A stretch of DNA of 63,177 nt, filler included, from Octopus bimaculoides (taxonomy: Eukaryota): the NCBI RefSeq assembly GCF_001194135.2. It is 8 parts of 6 records of this genome, joined end to end, with 100 filler letters (N's around TTAATTAATTAA, not from the genome) between each part and the next. Parts side by side here need not be neighbours in the genome. Positions count along the whole stretch, not along the records: positions 1 to 14,776 come from NC_068986.1; 7 more parts are not named here. One strand, written 5' to 3'. Below are positions 1 to 12,003 of this stretch, one piece after another; within the stretch, counting starts at the first letter, position 1, and each line of letters opens with the position of its first letter. The translations under genes and the position numbers were made by a program. Under the pieces are notes generated by a model. It saw nothing but the letters and a program-made list of their open reading frames with translations, was not told the origin of the DNA and did no database searches.

Positions 1-1524
1 ACACACACACACACACACACACACACATAAACGTGTCTTTTATTTTTCTTACATTCCCTTTCTTTCCCTTAATTTCAAGAGAAACTCTACAAACTTCTTC
101 CATTCCATTTCCCCTTGAACAATCGTTTTTGGATTCCATTGATAATCCCATGCCACCAAGTTCGTTGTTTATACATGTGTCTGCATATGCATGTGCTCCA
201 CCATGGGTGCATGCCAATTTTTTGACACAAGGTATGTGAGCTTTTGCTCTTTTGGTGGACTTTTTTTTTTTATCCTCAAATTTTATAGACAAAAAAATTT
301 GCACATGCCAATGTCTATCTCTATACCATCATCATCATCATCAGTAGCAGCAGCTGTTTGCCTCATTTTTATTCCCCACACTGGCATGGGTTGTATAGGT
401 AGAACAACATCTTATCACATGTCAAAGCTCCTTTGTCCATCTTGTATACACAATAACAGAGAAATAAAAAAATACCCCCAAAACCCCAGCCTTGTTCTTC
501 TTGTATAATATCATGTTTATATAACTGGATGTCCTTCTTATCACCAACCAGTTTCCCTTTTTATTTTGTTCATAGCCTGTTTTTCCATGCTTGCTTGCAT
601 GGATTAGACAAGTTTGTTATTTGAGTTAAAGTTTTTCAGCCAGATACTCTCCTTCAAGCTAGCTCATTATTTATCCTTTGAGTAAGAGATATTTTGGTCT
701 ACATGGCTTTGAAGGCATAAAGCGATCAGCTGATGACAACAACAGCACTGTCTGCTACAACTTTCATAGAAATGATTGTAGATATAAACGTGTGCATGTG
801 CACAAACGCACATACACACACAAATGCAACTGTTTTCATTTTTGTCTTCCAAACTTACTTGTAAGTCCTTGATCAGCTCAGGGATGCAGAAGATACATGC
901 CCAAGGTACAACACAGGTAGACTAAATATGAAATGATTTGATTAAGAATTGAACTTTTCAACTGCACATCCATACCTGCAAGGGTAACGCACATGACTTT
1001 AGCAGATCCTGCCAGACTGCAGAGCTTAACGCAAATGTAATGGATGCTAGACCATGGAGTTTCAGTTCAGGTCTGTGGGGTTACTATTGAAACCATAAAA
1101 CTTGGTATTTTAGTGGTTAATAAGATATTGATAAATTGTTTGAGATTTATTTTCCTTCTAATGGAATTGAGATTTCTCAAACACCATTTTTAAATTATCT
1201 AAATTTAGTAAAAATTGCTGTTTTGAAATTCAGAGGTGTTCAAGTAGGTTAGATACAACATGTAAGAATACAACAAAGAATTTCTTTTAAGACTTGTATG
1301 ATAAATATGTACAAGTGACTGTTCAACATTTTTCGTTTTACTACAAATGAATCATGTATATGATGAGCAAGGCATAAAAATATGGCACAGCAATAAAGGA
1401 AAGAAAAGAAAAAACAAATACTGAGAAAGGAAAAGAAACACAAAAATATTTTTAAAAAGTGGAAAATGAGGTCAGCACTTTACAAACACTGGAGTAAAAA
1501 TATTTGGCATTATAACTGACAGAC

Positions 1525-1600
<76 letters not shown>

Positions 1601-1838
1601 CATATATACATGCATACATACATACACACACACCTCTCTATATATATTTATATATACTTCAGGAGGAGTTACCTCAATCCTTTCTATATTAACCAAAATG
1701 AAGTAGATTGACAAATTTATTTTTTGAACCAGTGGAAGACACGCAAGATGTCGAAATATTGTTCACAAGATAGCAAATGGCACTCTTCTTTTAATTTTGA
1801 CTCTATATCTTCAGGAGGAGTTACCTCAATCCTTTCTA

Positions 1839-1876
<38 letters not shown>

Positions 1877-2047
1877 NNNNNNNNNNTCCTTTCTATATTA
1901 ACCAAAATGAAGTAGATTGACAAATTTATTTTTTGAACCAGTGGAAGACACGCGAGATGTCGAAATATTGTTCACAAGATAGCAAATGGCACTCTTCTTT
2001 TAATTTTGACTCTATATCTTCAGGAGGAGTTACCTCAATCCTTTCTA

Positions 2048-2096
<49 letters not shown>

Positions 2097-2598
2097 TTTG
2101 GATTTGGTTTAAATATTGTTGTTAAAGTAGTTAGGGTAGTGGTGATCTGAGACTTGAGCATGGATCATCAGGAATATAACCATTGAAATAAAACTGAGTA
2201 ATATTGGTATTTTCTGTGTCTTTTAGCAGTACATCAAATTATGGTGCACATCTCCATATGTATCTTTGTGAATATTCACATTCTGCATCCTTGCATGAAA
2301 GTTCTAACCCTTTAGCATTTAAACTGATATTCTACCAGTTTTATATTCAAACTGGCCATAGCCTCTCACACCTTACCCTATTCTAAAAATAAACAATCAC
2401 ATCATTGAAACCTCAAAGCTCTGAGATAATATATGATTAATACAAAACAATATGGAATAAATAAGCATTTACATTTAACAGAAGTAATCTGATCGCTAAA
2501 GGATTAATAAAAGAGAAAAAAAATATGTGGTGACCTTTGTTAAGATCTCTCGCTAACAGATTTGACTCGTTACTTTTATGCTTTCAGAAATGAGTGGA

Positions 2599-2642
<44 letters not shown>

Positions 2643-4637
2643 AAGGGCATTGGGCTTCGATGCATATTCGTCCAAGCCATGTTAGGAAGGACCAAAAATA
2701 GAGACTTAAACTGGATAAAATGAAGCATAATAGAAATTATTTGTTGTGGATAGCTATAAAATGATGAGTGATGCACCATAGCTGTTGACTTGGTTTCGTG
2801 TTTTATACTAACTAAATCCAATAATTTCTGGATTAAACTTATTTTAACCAGGCCCTTTCAAACAAATCCCAAATGGCCTTAAAATAAGGTGTTTGAGAAG
2901 GAATATTAAAGATGATAAACTGGCATAGAAGCAATATGAGCAACTTTGCAAATTCTATAGAATCAGTGGCTTTCATTTTGGAGAACATGTACATTATTAT
3001 GTAGTATTCTAATAAACAGGATCTTAGCATCACATTTTGTGAATTATTTTCTCCTTTAGGTTTTTTTTTTCCTGTAATATTTTTTTTTTTTTGCTATTAT
3101 CTCAGCAAAAAACATTCAATAGGAATCTGTTGTCAAGCATCTTAGAAAATACATCTCACACATCTGTTAAGAATCTCCCTTGTTAAGAAACACTCAAAGA
3201 AGTATCCAACAAACTGCCTCTCCTATCAGGAACTCGGGGTTTATTCTATCAAGTGCAAATAGAGCCATTTCCCTAGAATGTGCCATTCCTATTATTTGCC
3301 CCATTGCGTTAATACTTCCACAATTGCTGCTCTTGTAAAGTCTATGGATATTAACCCCCCCCCCCTNNNNNNNNNNNNNNNNNNNNNNNNNNNNNNNNNN
3401 NNNNNNNNNNNNNNNNNNNNNNNNNNNNNNNNNNNNNNNNNNNNNNNNNNNNNNNNNNNNNNNNNNNNNNNNNNNNNNNNNNNNNNNNNNNNNNNNNNNN
3501 NNNNNNNNNNNNNNNNNNNNNNNNNNNNNNNNNNNNNNNNNNNNNNNNNNNNNNNNNNNNNNNNNNNNNNNNNNNNNNNNNNNNNNNNNNNNNNNNNNNN
3601 NNNNNNNNNNNNNNNNNNNNNNNNNNNNNNNNNNNNNNNNNNNNNNNNNNNNNNNNNNNNNNNNNNNNNNNNNNNNNNNNNNNNNNNNNNNNNNNNNNNN
3701 NNNNNNNNNNNNNNNNNNNNNNNNNNNNNNNNNNNNNNNNNNNNNNNNNNNNNNNNNNNNNNNNNNNNNNNNNNNNNNNNNNNNNNNNNNNNNNNNNNNN
3801 NNNNNNNNNNNNNNNNNNNNNNNNNNNNNNNNNNNNNNNNNNNNNNNNNNNNNNNNNNNNNNNNNNNNNNNNNNNNNNNNNNNNNNNNNNNNNNNNNNNN
3901 NNNNNNNNNNNNNNNNNNNNNNNNNNNNNNNNNNNNNNNNNNNNNNNNNNNNNNNNNNNNNNNNNNNNNNNNNNNNNNNNNNNNNNNNNNNNNNNNNNNN
4001 NNNNNNNNNNNNNNNNNNNNNNNNNNNNNNNNNNNNNNNNNNNNNNNNNNNNNNNNNNNNNNNNNNNNNNNNNNNNNNNNNNNNNNNNNNNNNNNNNNNN
4101 NNNNNNNNNNNNNNNNNNNNNNNNNNNNNNNNNNNNNNNNNNNNNNNNNNNNNNNNNNNNNNNNNNNNNNNNNNNNNNNNNNNNNNNNNNNNNNNNNNNN
4201 NNNNNNNNNNNNNNNNNNNNNNNNNNNNNNNNNNNNNNNNNNNNNNGTGAGAAACAATGGAGAAATTTCCTGCAAAACACTTTTTTTCCGCCCCCGCTAC
4301 ACACATAGTGAAATTGAACACAAGCAACATCTCCGACCATATTCAATTGTTATTTCTTTATGAATGTTTATAGATTAAGTCCTCTTTATATAGACTCTAG
4401 TATAACCAGGTTTTTTTTTCTCTCTCCAGTGTAGCTTATGCACTTAAACTGTAAATTGATTATCGAACTACTAGATCAAGCATTTTACTTTTTTGTTTTT
4501 TTCCTTTTCTATTCTTTTCTCTATATCTTCACCATTTACTGATTGTATTTGCTTCTCAAGTATACAATTTATAATTTCTTTCTTTTAACGATGATTTTGT
4601 TGTTGTTGTTGTTGTTATTATATAATGTTAATTGTAA

Positions 4638-4680
4638 TGACTAATATCAATATATATATATTTTATTTTTCAGGTAAGTA
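4638..4680 (+). promoter_or_regulatory. candidate recursive splice site (branch point, pyrimidine tract, CAG|GTAAGT)
   Basis: tgactaat...ttttattttttcag|gtaagta: an acceptor immediately abutting a perfect donor consensus. Confidence 0.4.
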
Positions 4681-5101
4681 TCCTTAATATCCAAAGAAGT
4701 GAGGTGAGATATTCTAATTCCTTCCTAATATCTGTGGATGTTACATACATAAAAATTGGTGAATTTTATGGATTCAGACCATCTGTTTGGTATGTATATC
4801 ATCCCTTCTATATTGACATTACCAGGGAGCTCTTTTTTTTACCTTTTCTTGTTTTGTAACTATTAGCTTTTCATATGTCAGTTTAATGGCATAAAGTCCC
4901 TTCTTTCAGAAATTGGCATCAGCTTCCTATATACATACATACACACATATATACATATATATATGTGTGTGTGTGTGTGTGTATATAAAGTTTGTCACAA
5001 ACAGCTTGTAAAAATATTTATTTTCAATCTCAAAAGCAAATAATGTGTGTCTGGTGGGGGTGTATATGTATTGTGTGCATACATATGAGTATCTATGTAG
5101 A

Positions 5102-5159
<58 letters not shown>

Positions 5160-5749
5160 TGTGTATATGTATGCATGTGTGTGTGAACATGCACTTACAT
5201 ATAACCTTTTAAGCCTAACACTTTAGTCTGCCTACCATAAAATATTTCCTAATATATTAGTTTTCCACTGTTCGAGAAGCTTTAACATAATTTCTGCCAG
5301 ATATATATTGTTTGATCGAAGGAAATAACAGAGAAATCAACTTGCGTCTTAGTGTATTTATCACAGATATTGATGCCATAGAGATATTTGTTAACCAAAC
5401 ATTATGATTCTGCTTAATGTATTTCTACGGACACCAATATTGATATCTAGTAGTTTGTTGCTAGGAAAGAATTTTTTCTTGATGACAAAAGAATATATTT
5501 TTGCCTTGACCAACTTAAGAAAAGAAAAGAAAAGAAAAAAAACATATAGAAACTAGCCATTTATGTTGCGTTTAAGTCTGAGGACATTATAGTTCTTGCT
5601 TATATATATTTCTTCCTCTCTTTTGCACTCTCACTATCGACACCATCAGTTATTGTAGCTTATTTTTTCCCCACTCGTTTTCCAAGCTTTAACAATCTAG
5701 TGTTCTTTTTAAAGCCACGCCAATGAATAACTATTGAAGTCTTTTTAAA

Positions 5750-5783
<34 letters not shown>

Positions 5784-6380
5784 GTTATGATTGAAACATT
5801 TAGTTTACATTTACACATACATACACATGCCGTATTTCTTACTTTCTTTCTATATTTCTCTCTCTTTCTCTCGTTCTTATCCACTCTAGTACGAGAAGGC
5901 TGTTGAGCTGCCGTTTTTATTTTGATCATATATGACAGGTGACTAGCCCATTACAGACTGGAGAGATCTAATACTGCCATACTTGAAAACATTTTATGAT
6001 CAAATCTCATCTAATAACTGAGAGATTAGAATTGATACTTCTACCATCACTATCATGTGTCATTATTTTCTAACATGTCTGAGGTGGTGAGTGTGTGTGT
6101 GTTGGAGGAGAGAGTAAGGGTCGGAAGAATTGTTTTCATATTTCAATTCGTAGATTCTTGAATGAAATGGTTAAAAGTACTTGCCTTTTAAACAATTGAT
6201 GTTTGGTTGACTGGGTTTTTTTTTTCTTTCGTTCTTTCTTTTTTTCCCCTTTTCTTATATTGCTCTGATTTTTCCATTCTTCCAGCATCAGTCAATCCCA
6301 GCATCATTTCTCAATAGAGTTTATGGTGTTAACCCACTAGCATAGAGGATTTAAGTTCAATTTCTCTGTGTGTATATGTA

Positions 6381-6427
<47 letters not shown>

Positions 6428-6710
6428 GAATAATAAGAAATGGAGCAAAACGCATATAATCAATATGTTCCTTTAATTCCTACATATGTTTCAAAATATA
6501 TGTGCACTCTACTCCAAAGAAGTAAGAGGTGCTGGAATTGCATATAAATTCATCTTCAGGGAACTTGGTATTTCAACCTATTAAACCGGGTATGATATCC
6601 CAGTTTTTGTGTTCTTTGCTACCCTGGTAACTATTAACATATTTTCATTATTGAGGTTTTTTTCAACCGAGATAATATTAATATATACATAAATCAATAT
6701 GTGTGTGTGT

Positions 6711-6754
6711 ATCCGTCCGTCCGTCCGTCCGTCCGTCCGTCCGTCCGTCCGTCC
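6711..6754. repeat. (TCCG)n microsatellite
   Basis: About 11 tandem tccg units. Confidence 0.9.
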
Positions 6755-6984
6755 CGAGTATAAATTTAGTAAAGTGAATGTATTTGCTAGCTGATTTCAT
6801 TTTAGCCAATAACCCAGGTTCCTTTTATTGAACCTGGTCACAGTTCATTTATGTTTGTTCAGCATCTGGCGGTCATCTTAGAAGTGCCTTGTGTCAAAAA
6901 ATATCATTCGTAGCAGAAGTTCTCTCGACATCATTCACATGCTCCTGACTCAGGCTCAGAAATTACAGCCTGAGTTGTTATCTC

Positions 6985-7191
6985 TCTCTTTACTCTTTTA
7001 CTTGCTTCAGTCATTTGATTGCGGCCATGCTGGAGCACCACCTTTAGTTGAGCAAATCGACCCTAGGACTTAATCTTTGTAAACCTAGTACTTATTCTCT
7101 CGGTCACTTTTGCTGGACCGCTAAGTTACGGGGACGTAAACACACCACCATCAGATGTCAAACGATGTTGGGGGGGACAAGCACAGATACA

Positions 7192-7251
<60 letters not shown>

Positions 7252-7345
7252 CATATATACGACGGGTTTCTTTCAGTTTCCGTCTACCAAATCCACTCAT
7301 AAGGCCTTGGTTGACCCGAGGCTATAGTAGAAGACACTTGCCCAA
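6985..7345 (-). mobile_element. tRNA-derived SINE, family A (internal CA tract)
   Basis: tttacttgcttcagtcatttgattgcggccatgctggagcac...(CA)n...gacgggtttctttcagtttccgtctaccaaatccactc. The family recurs at about 9150-9625, 10950-11180, 17545-17670, 46080-46575, 49860-49925, 53195-53430, 54245-54640 and 59275-59750. Confidence 0.8.
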
Positions 7346-9395
7346 GTAATTCAAATTCAATGTTTTCTTGAAACAATAAATTTCTATAGAGATTAGGATT
7401 TAAATGCCAATCTATGAAAAGTTTGCATTCTACAATATTCTTAAAGGACTGAAAATTTATCCAGCAACTCGGGCTTATACGAACGAGCCTGGCAGGTGTA
7501 AAAGGCTAACTGGCATCTCTTGTAAAGAGTACAGGTGACAGTCAGATCACTGATGTTTGTTCTGGAAGCTATTTAGGGCTAGAAATGTGGGAAAATGTGA
7601 AAATTCTCCAAGACGGTGCCCCAGCTTGGCTGCAGTCTAATGACTGAAACAAGTAAAAAATATAAAAGCAAATAAAGATAAGTCACATCTTAAAGCTATG
7701 AGACAATGCTTGAGTAATTCAAAACAATATGAATGAAATAAGCATCATATTTCACAGAGCAGTCTGAATGCTGAAGGGCTACACAAGTGCCTTTTCCTCC
7801 CGTTGTTTTATATTATGTGAGCGACAATGTGTAGATGGAAACTGGCAAGACTTTCGATTGGACCGTAGTTGTACTTAGAAGGCTAGCTTTGTTTTACGTT
7901 GTGGTCACAGTGACTCTACATTAAGATTATATTAAGTGTGTGTGGAATATTTGGCCTCTTGTATGATACTTCAATGAATAAGCTGATCGGTTGTCTGGAC
8001 AACTGGAATACTCCTACGTAAAATCCAATGGTGATTTACATAGTTCACTATTTAGGAATAATAAGCTTTGTTTTGTTTTTAAATATGATTTTATTTTAAT
8101 TAGTTATTTGTTGTTGCATAAAGTTATCTTCTGTTGGATATTTAAACTTTTCTTTTATGATAGAGTATGATAACTAACCACGGTAAAACTCTAGGTGTAT
8201 GCGTGTGTGTGGTTGAAGAAATATGTGTGCATATGTATACGCATGCTCGTGATATGTTATTGCTTTCACTTTGTGGCACAAGGCCAGCATCTTTGGTGGA
8301 GGTGTTAGTCAATTACATTGACCCCAGTACTTATGTTTATTTTATCGTCCTTGGAAGGATGAAAGGCAAAGTCAACTTTGGTGGAATTTGAACTCAGACT
8401 GTAAAGATAGACAAAATGCTTGTAAGAATTTTACTTGGCATGCTAACGATTCAGCCAACTCATCACCTTAATTATAATAACAATAATAGTGGTGGCAAGA
8501 GCAGCAGCAGCAGCAATATTAATAACAATATCCTGATTGAAATGTTCTACCTGAAATATTCATGTGTAAATTAAGCTAAACCCAAAACACTAGTGAAATT
8601 TAATTTGCAGAATAAATATTTTCACTGCTCTTTGACCCATCAAATAATTATCTAGATAATTGCAGAGACAGTTGTAATGTTGTTGTCAGGAATAGTTATT
8701 TTGTATTTTATTGGTTCTGAACAGACCTTAATTGTTTTTTGTTTTTTGTTTGTTTTCTTTTTTCTTTAATGTGTGTGTGTGTGTGTGTGTATTTATGAAG
8801 TTTAGATCATATTCAGCCAAAAAAAGTATACAGAAACTTGTTTTTGCTTTGATGAAAATTCAATTATACCCATGAAATAACACAGATTTACAGTAGGCCA
8901 AACATCTTATGAACGAAGAACTTTGATGTATAATAAGATTTCAGTGTTAGTTTGTGCATTTGTTAATTAAGACTCTATGGTCCAAAAGCCATATGAATTA
9001 AGCTGTATTGTATTGTAGCACTAAATTCAAAACTGTACAAATACACACAATGCAAATTGATTTGAAGATGTGCAAGGGTGGTTTAGTGAAATGCCGGCGA
9101 GTTAAACAAATTTTATAGCTCACACTTTCCAAAGTTAGAGGCATCTTTTTTATCTTTTGCTTGTTTTGGTCATTGAACTGCAGCCATTCTGAGGTACCAC
9201 TTTGAACAGTTTTTATTTAACAGGACTGATCCCAGTACTTACACTTCTTTTTTCAAAGCCCAATACTTATTCTATTGATATCTCTTTGCCATACTGCTAA
9301 GTTAGGAGGGTGTAAACAAACCAGCACTGGTTGTCAGGTAGTGGTGGGGAACAAATACAACCACAAAGATACTCATAAATATATACATATATATA

Positions 9396-9461
<66 letters not shown>

Positions 9462-10489
9462 TATACATACATACACACATATGGTGGGCTTCTTTCAGTT
9501 TACCAAATCCAGTCACAAGGCTACGATTGGCTTGGGGCTATATTAGACAACACTTTTGCAAGGTACCATGCAGTGGAATTGAACCCAGGACCATGTGGTT
9601 GGGAAGCAAACTTCTTACCATACGGTTACATCTGCTCCCATGTCCAGATTTACTCAGCTTTTCATCTAACCGGAGTCTCATTAAGAGTATATGTATCAGC
9701 AAAATATTGTAATAATTATTGTAAAACGAGACATTGTCTGTTAGGTCAAGTTCATGGATCAACAGCTAGAGTTAATGTTGCGTGTCTTGATCAGAGACAG
9801 CCAGATTTACCATTAAACAACGACCTCCTAAACAATGGGCTTCTAGTCATATTTAAACACCAAAACTGTTTAACTTAGGGGTTTATTTCACCCATTTGTT
9901 GGCCAATACCACTTATAAGCAATTAAAGGGTCATTTAATCTTGTCAATAAACAAGGGCAATGAATTAGCAGAATCACTGGAGCGACAAAGAAAATGCTTT
10001 ACGGTATTTTATTACAGGCCTTTGTGTTCTGAGATCAAATCCCATTGAGATCAGCTTAGCCTTTCAGCCTTACGGAGTGGTGCTGGGGGTGGTGTTAAAA
10101 ATATGTAGCACCTGTCAAGTGCTGGGGTGAATATAATTTACAGTATCCTGACCTCAAGTCCCCAGTCCCTAAATCTGTAGCCTTGTGTCATTGTTTGAAA
10201 TCAAGTAGTGATATTTTCCCTCATCAATGATACTGAGAGCGCTTTGCATTTTCTCAATCGCAAGAAAGCGGAGAAGAGGTGTCACAGGTCATGGGGTGGA
10301 AGTGGAGCGGGGGTGGATGGGATTTCCTGAAATTCATATTTATAAATACATGTGCACCTGTTTTGTATATCTTTTATATCTTTTACCTGTTTCAGTCATT
10401 AGACTGCGGCCATGCTGGGGCACTTCCTTGGTACTTGACCTTTTTAATCCTTTAGCATTCAGATTATTCTGTCAAATATTCATCATCAT

Positions 10490-10770
10490 CATTATCATCA
10501 TCATTTAGCGTCTGCTTTTGATGCTGGCATGGGTTAGACGGTTTGACTGAAACTGATAAGCTGGAGAAGCTGCACTGGATTCCAATCTGATTTGTTATGG
10601 TTTCTAAAGCTGGATGTCCTTCCTAACCCCAACCATACCAAGAGTGTAATGGGCTCTTTTTATGCGCCACCAGAATGGGTGCCAGTCTCAGTCACAACTA
10701 CGATTTCACTTGGCTTGACAAGTCTTCTCAAGCACGACATATCACCAAAGGTCTCGGTCACTTATCACCT
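10490..10770 (-). mobile_element. RTE-tail / SINE-like 3' UTR copy
   Basis: catcatcatttagcgtc..gctggcatgggtt..gctggatgtccttcctaac..aaccat, the same family as 38440-38630 in reverse. Confidence 0.75.
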
Positions 10771-11739
10771 GTTTATTTACTCACATTGTTTTGAATCATG
10801 CATTATCTTGTAGCTTCAAGATTTCGATGATGTAGAAGTTTATTTTTAGAATGACATTGTAGGTCAAGTGTGAGAGGCCAGATTTGGACAGTTTGAACAT
10901 AAAGCAGGTAGAATATTTTGGCCAGATATGGCTTGTTTAAATGCTAAAGGGTTCAAGCCTGGAACTTATTCTGTTGGTCACTTTTGCTGAACTGCTAAGT
11001 GACCGCTGTGTAAACACACCAACACTGGACAAAGACGCACACACATGCACTATGAGCTTCTTTCCATTTCTGTTTACTAAATTCACTCACAAAGCTTTTA
11101 TTGGCCCAGGTGCCATGCAAGTAGGACTGAATCCAGAACCATATGGTTGGAAAGCAAGCTTCTTACCACAGAGCCACACCTGTGCCTATTATGTGCAATT
11201 GATTGATATTAATATTGTTTTACCAAACAGCACAATTACAATGAGCAGAAATATTAACGAGAGACTAAAAAACAAAAAGAACATTTTGCATAACCGAAGA
11301 GATTTACCTCATCAGCTGTCATAATTCCTCAGCTAATTCTTTAAAAATAATAATCAGCTCAGTTTAAATGCGAAGTGAAGACCAAGAGGCTGCCGTTATC
11401 TTTCTCAGCCATTTTGTATGATAACCGTTAATACTGTTGTAATAGGAATGGATTGTCTGAATGTTTTGTGGCATTATTAATTTCTGCAGATCTTTGCATT
11501 TCAGGTTCAAATTCATTCCGTCTATATTAACATTATAAAGTCCCTTCTTTTCGAAATCGACATCGACATCAACTTCCTTTTTTATNNNNNNNNNNNNNNN
11601 NNNNNNNNNNNNNNNNNNNNNNNNNNNNNNNNNNNNNNNNNNNNNNNNNNNNNNNNNNNNNNNNNNNNNNNNNNNNNNNNNNNNNNNNNNNNNNNNNNNN
11701 NNNNNNNNNNNNNNNNNNNNNNNNNNNTAAAATGCATCC

Positions 11740-12003
11740 AGTCCACACTGTAAAATGGTTGGTGTTTGGAAGGGCATCCAGCTGTAAAAACCTTGCCAAA
11801 ACTGACCTCGCCTGTGCTTTTGCTACGTAAAAAGCACTAAGTCTACTCTGCTGAGTGGTTGGTGTTATGAAGGGTATCCAGCTGTAGAAACCCTGCCAAA
11901 ACAGTTACAGAAGTCTGGTGCAGGCTCCAGCCTGGTCAGCTCCTGGCAAACCGTCCCACCCATGCCAGCATGGAAAGTGGATGTTAAACGATGATGATGA
12001 TGA
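11740..12003 (+). mobile_element. RTE-tail / SINE-like 3' UTR copy with internal duplication
   Basis: tggttggtgtt..gaagggcatccagctgta occurs twice. Ends gatgttaaacgatgatgatgatg. Confidence 0.75.

Noticed and set aside
1658-2095. Repeated 152-bp unit (IERIEVTPPEDIESKLKEECHLL... on minus) with (ATT)n
   Set aside because: The two copies flank a 10-N gap and differ by one base (acgcaag vs acgcgag). This is typical of haplotype or overlap duplication at a contig join, and the peptide is not recognised.
3194-4363. Long ORFs of 300-380 aa, and similar ones at 16861-17654, 43790-44381, 47801-48329, 49303-50130 and 57522-58390
   Set aside because: They are open only because they read through N gaps and microsatellites.
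5890-5940. Exon-like units at 5890-5938, 12195, 26708, 27428 and 35778 as missing zyg-11 exons
   Set aside because: Plausible splice signals, but the frames either stop or show no similarity to ZYG11 motifs.
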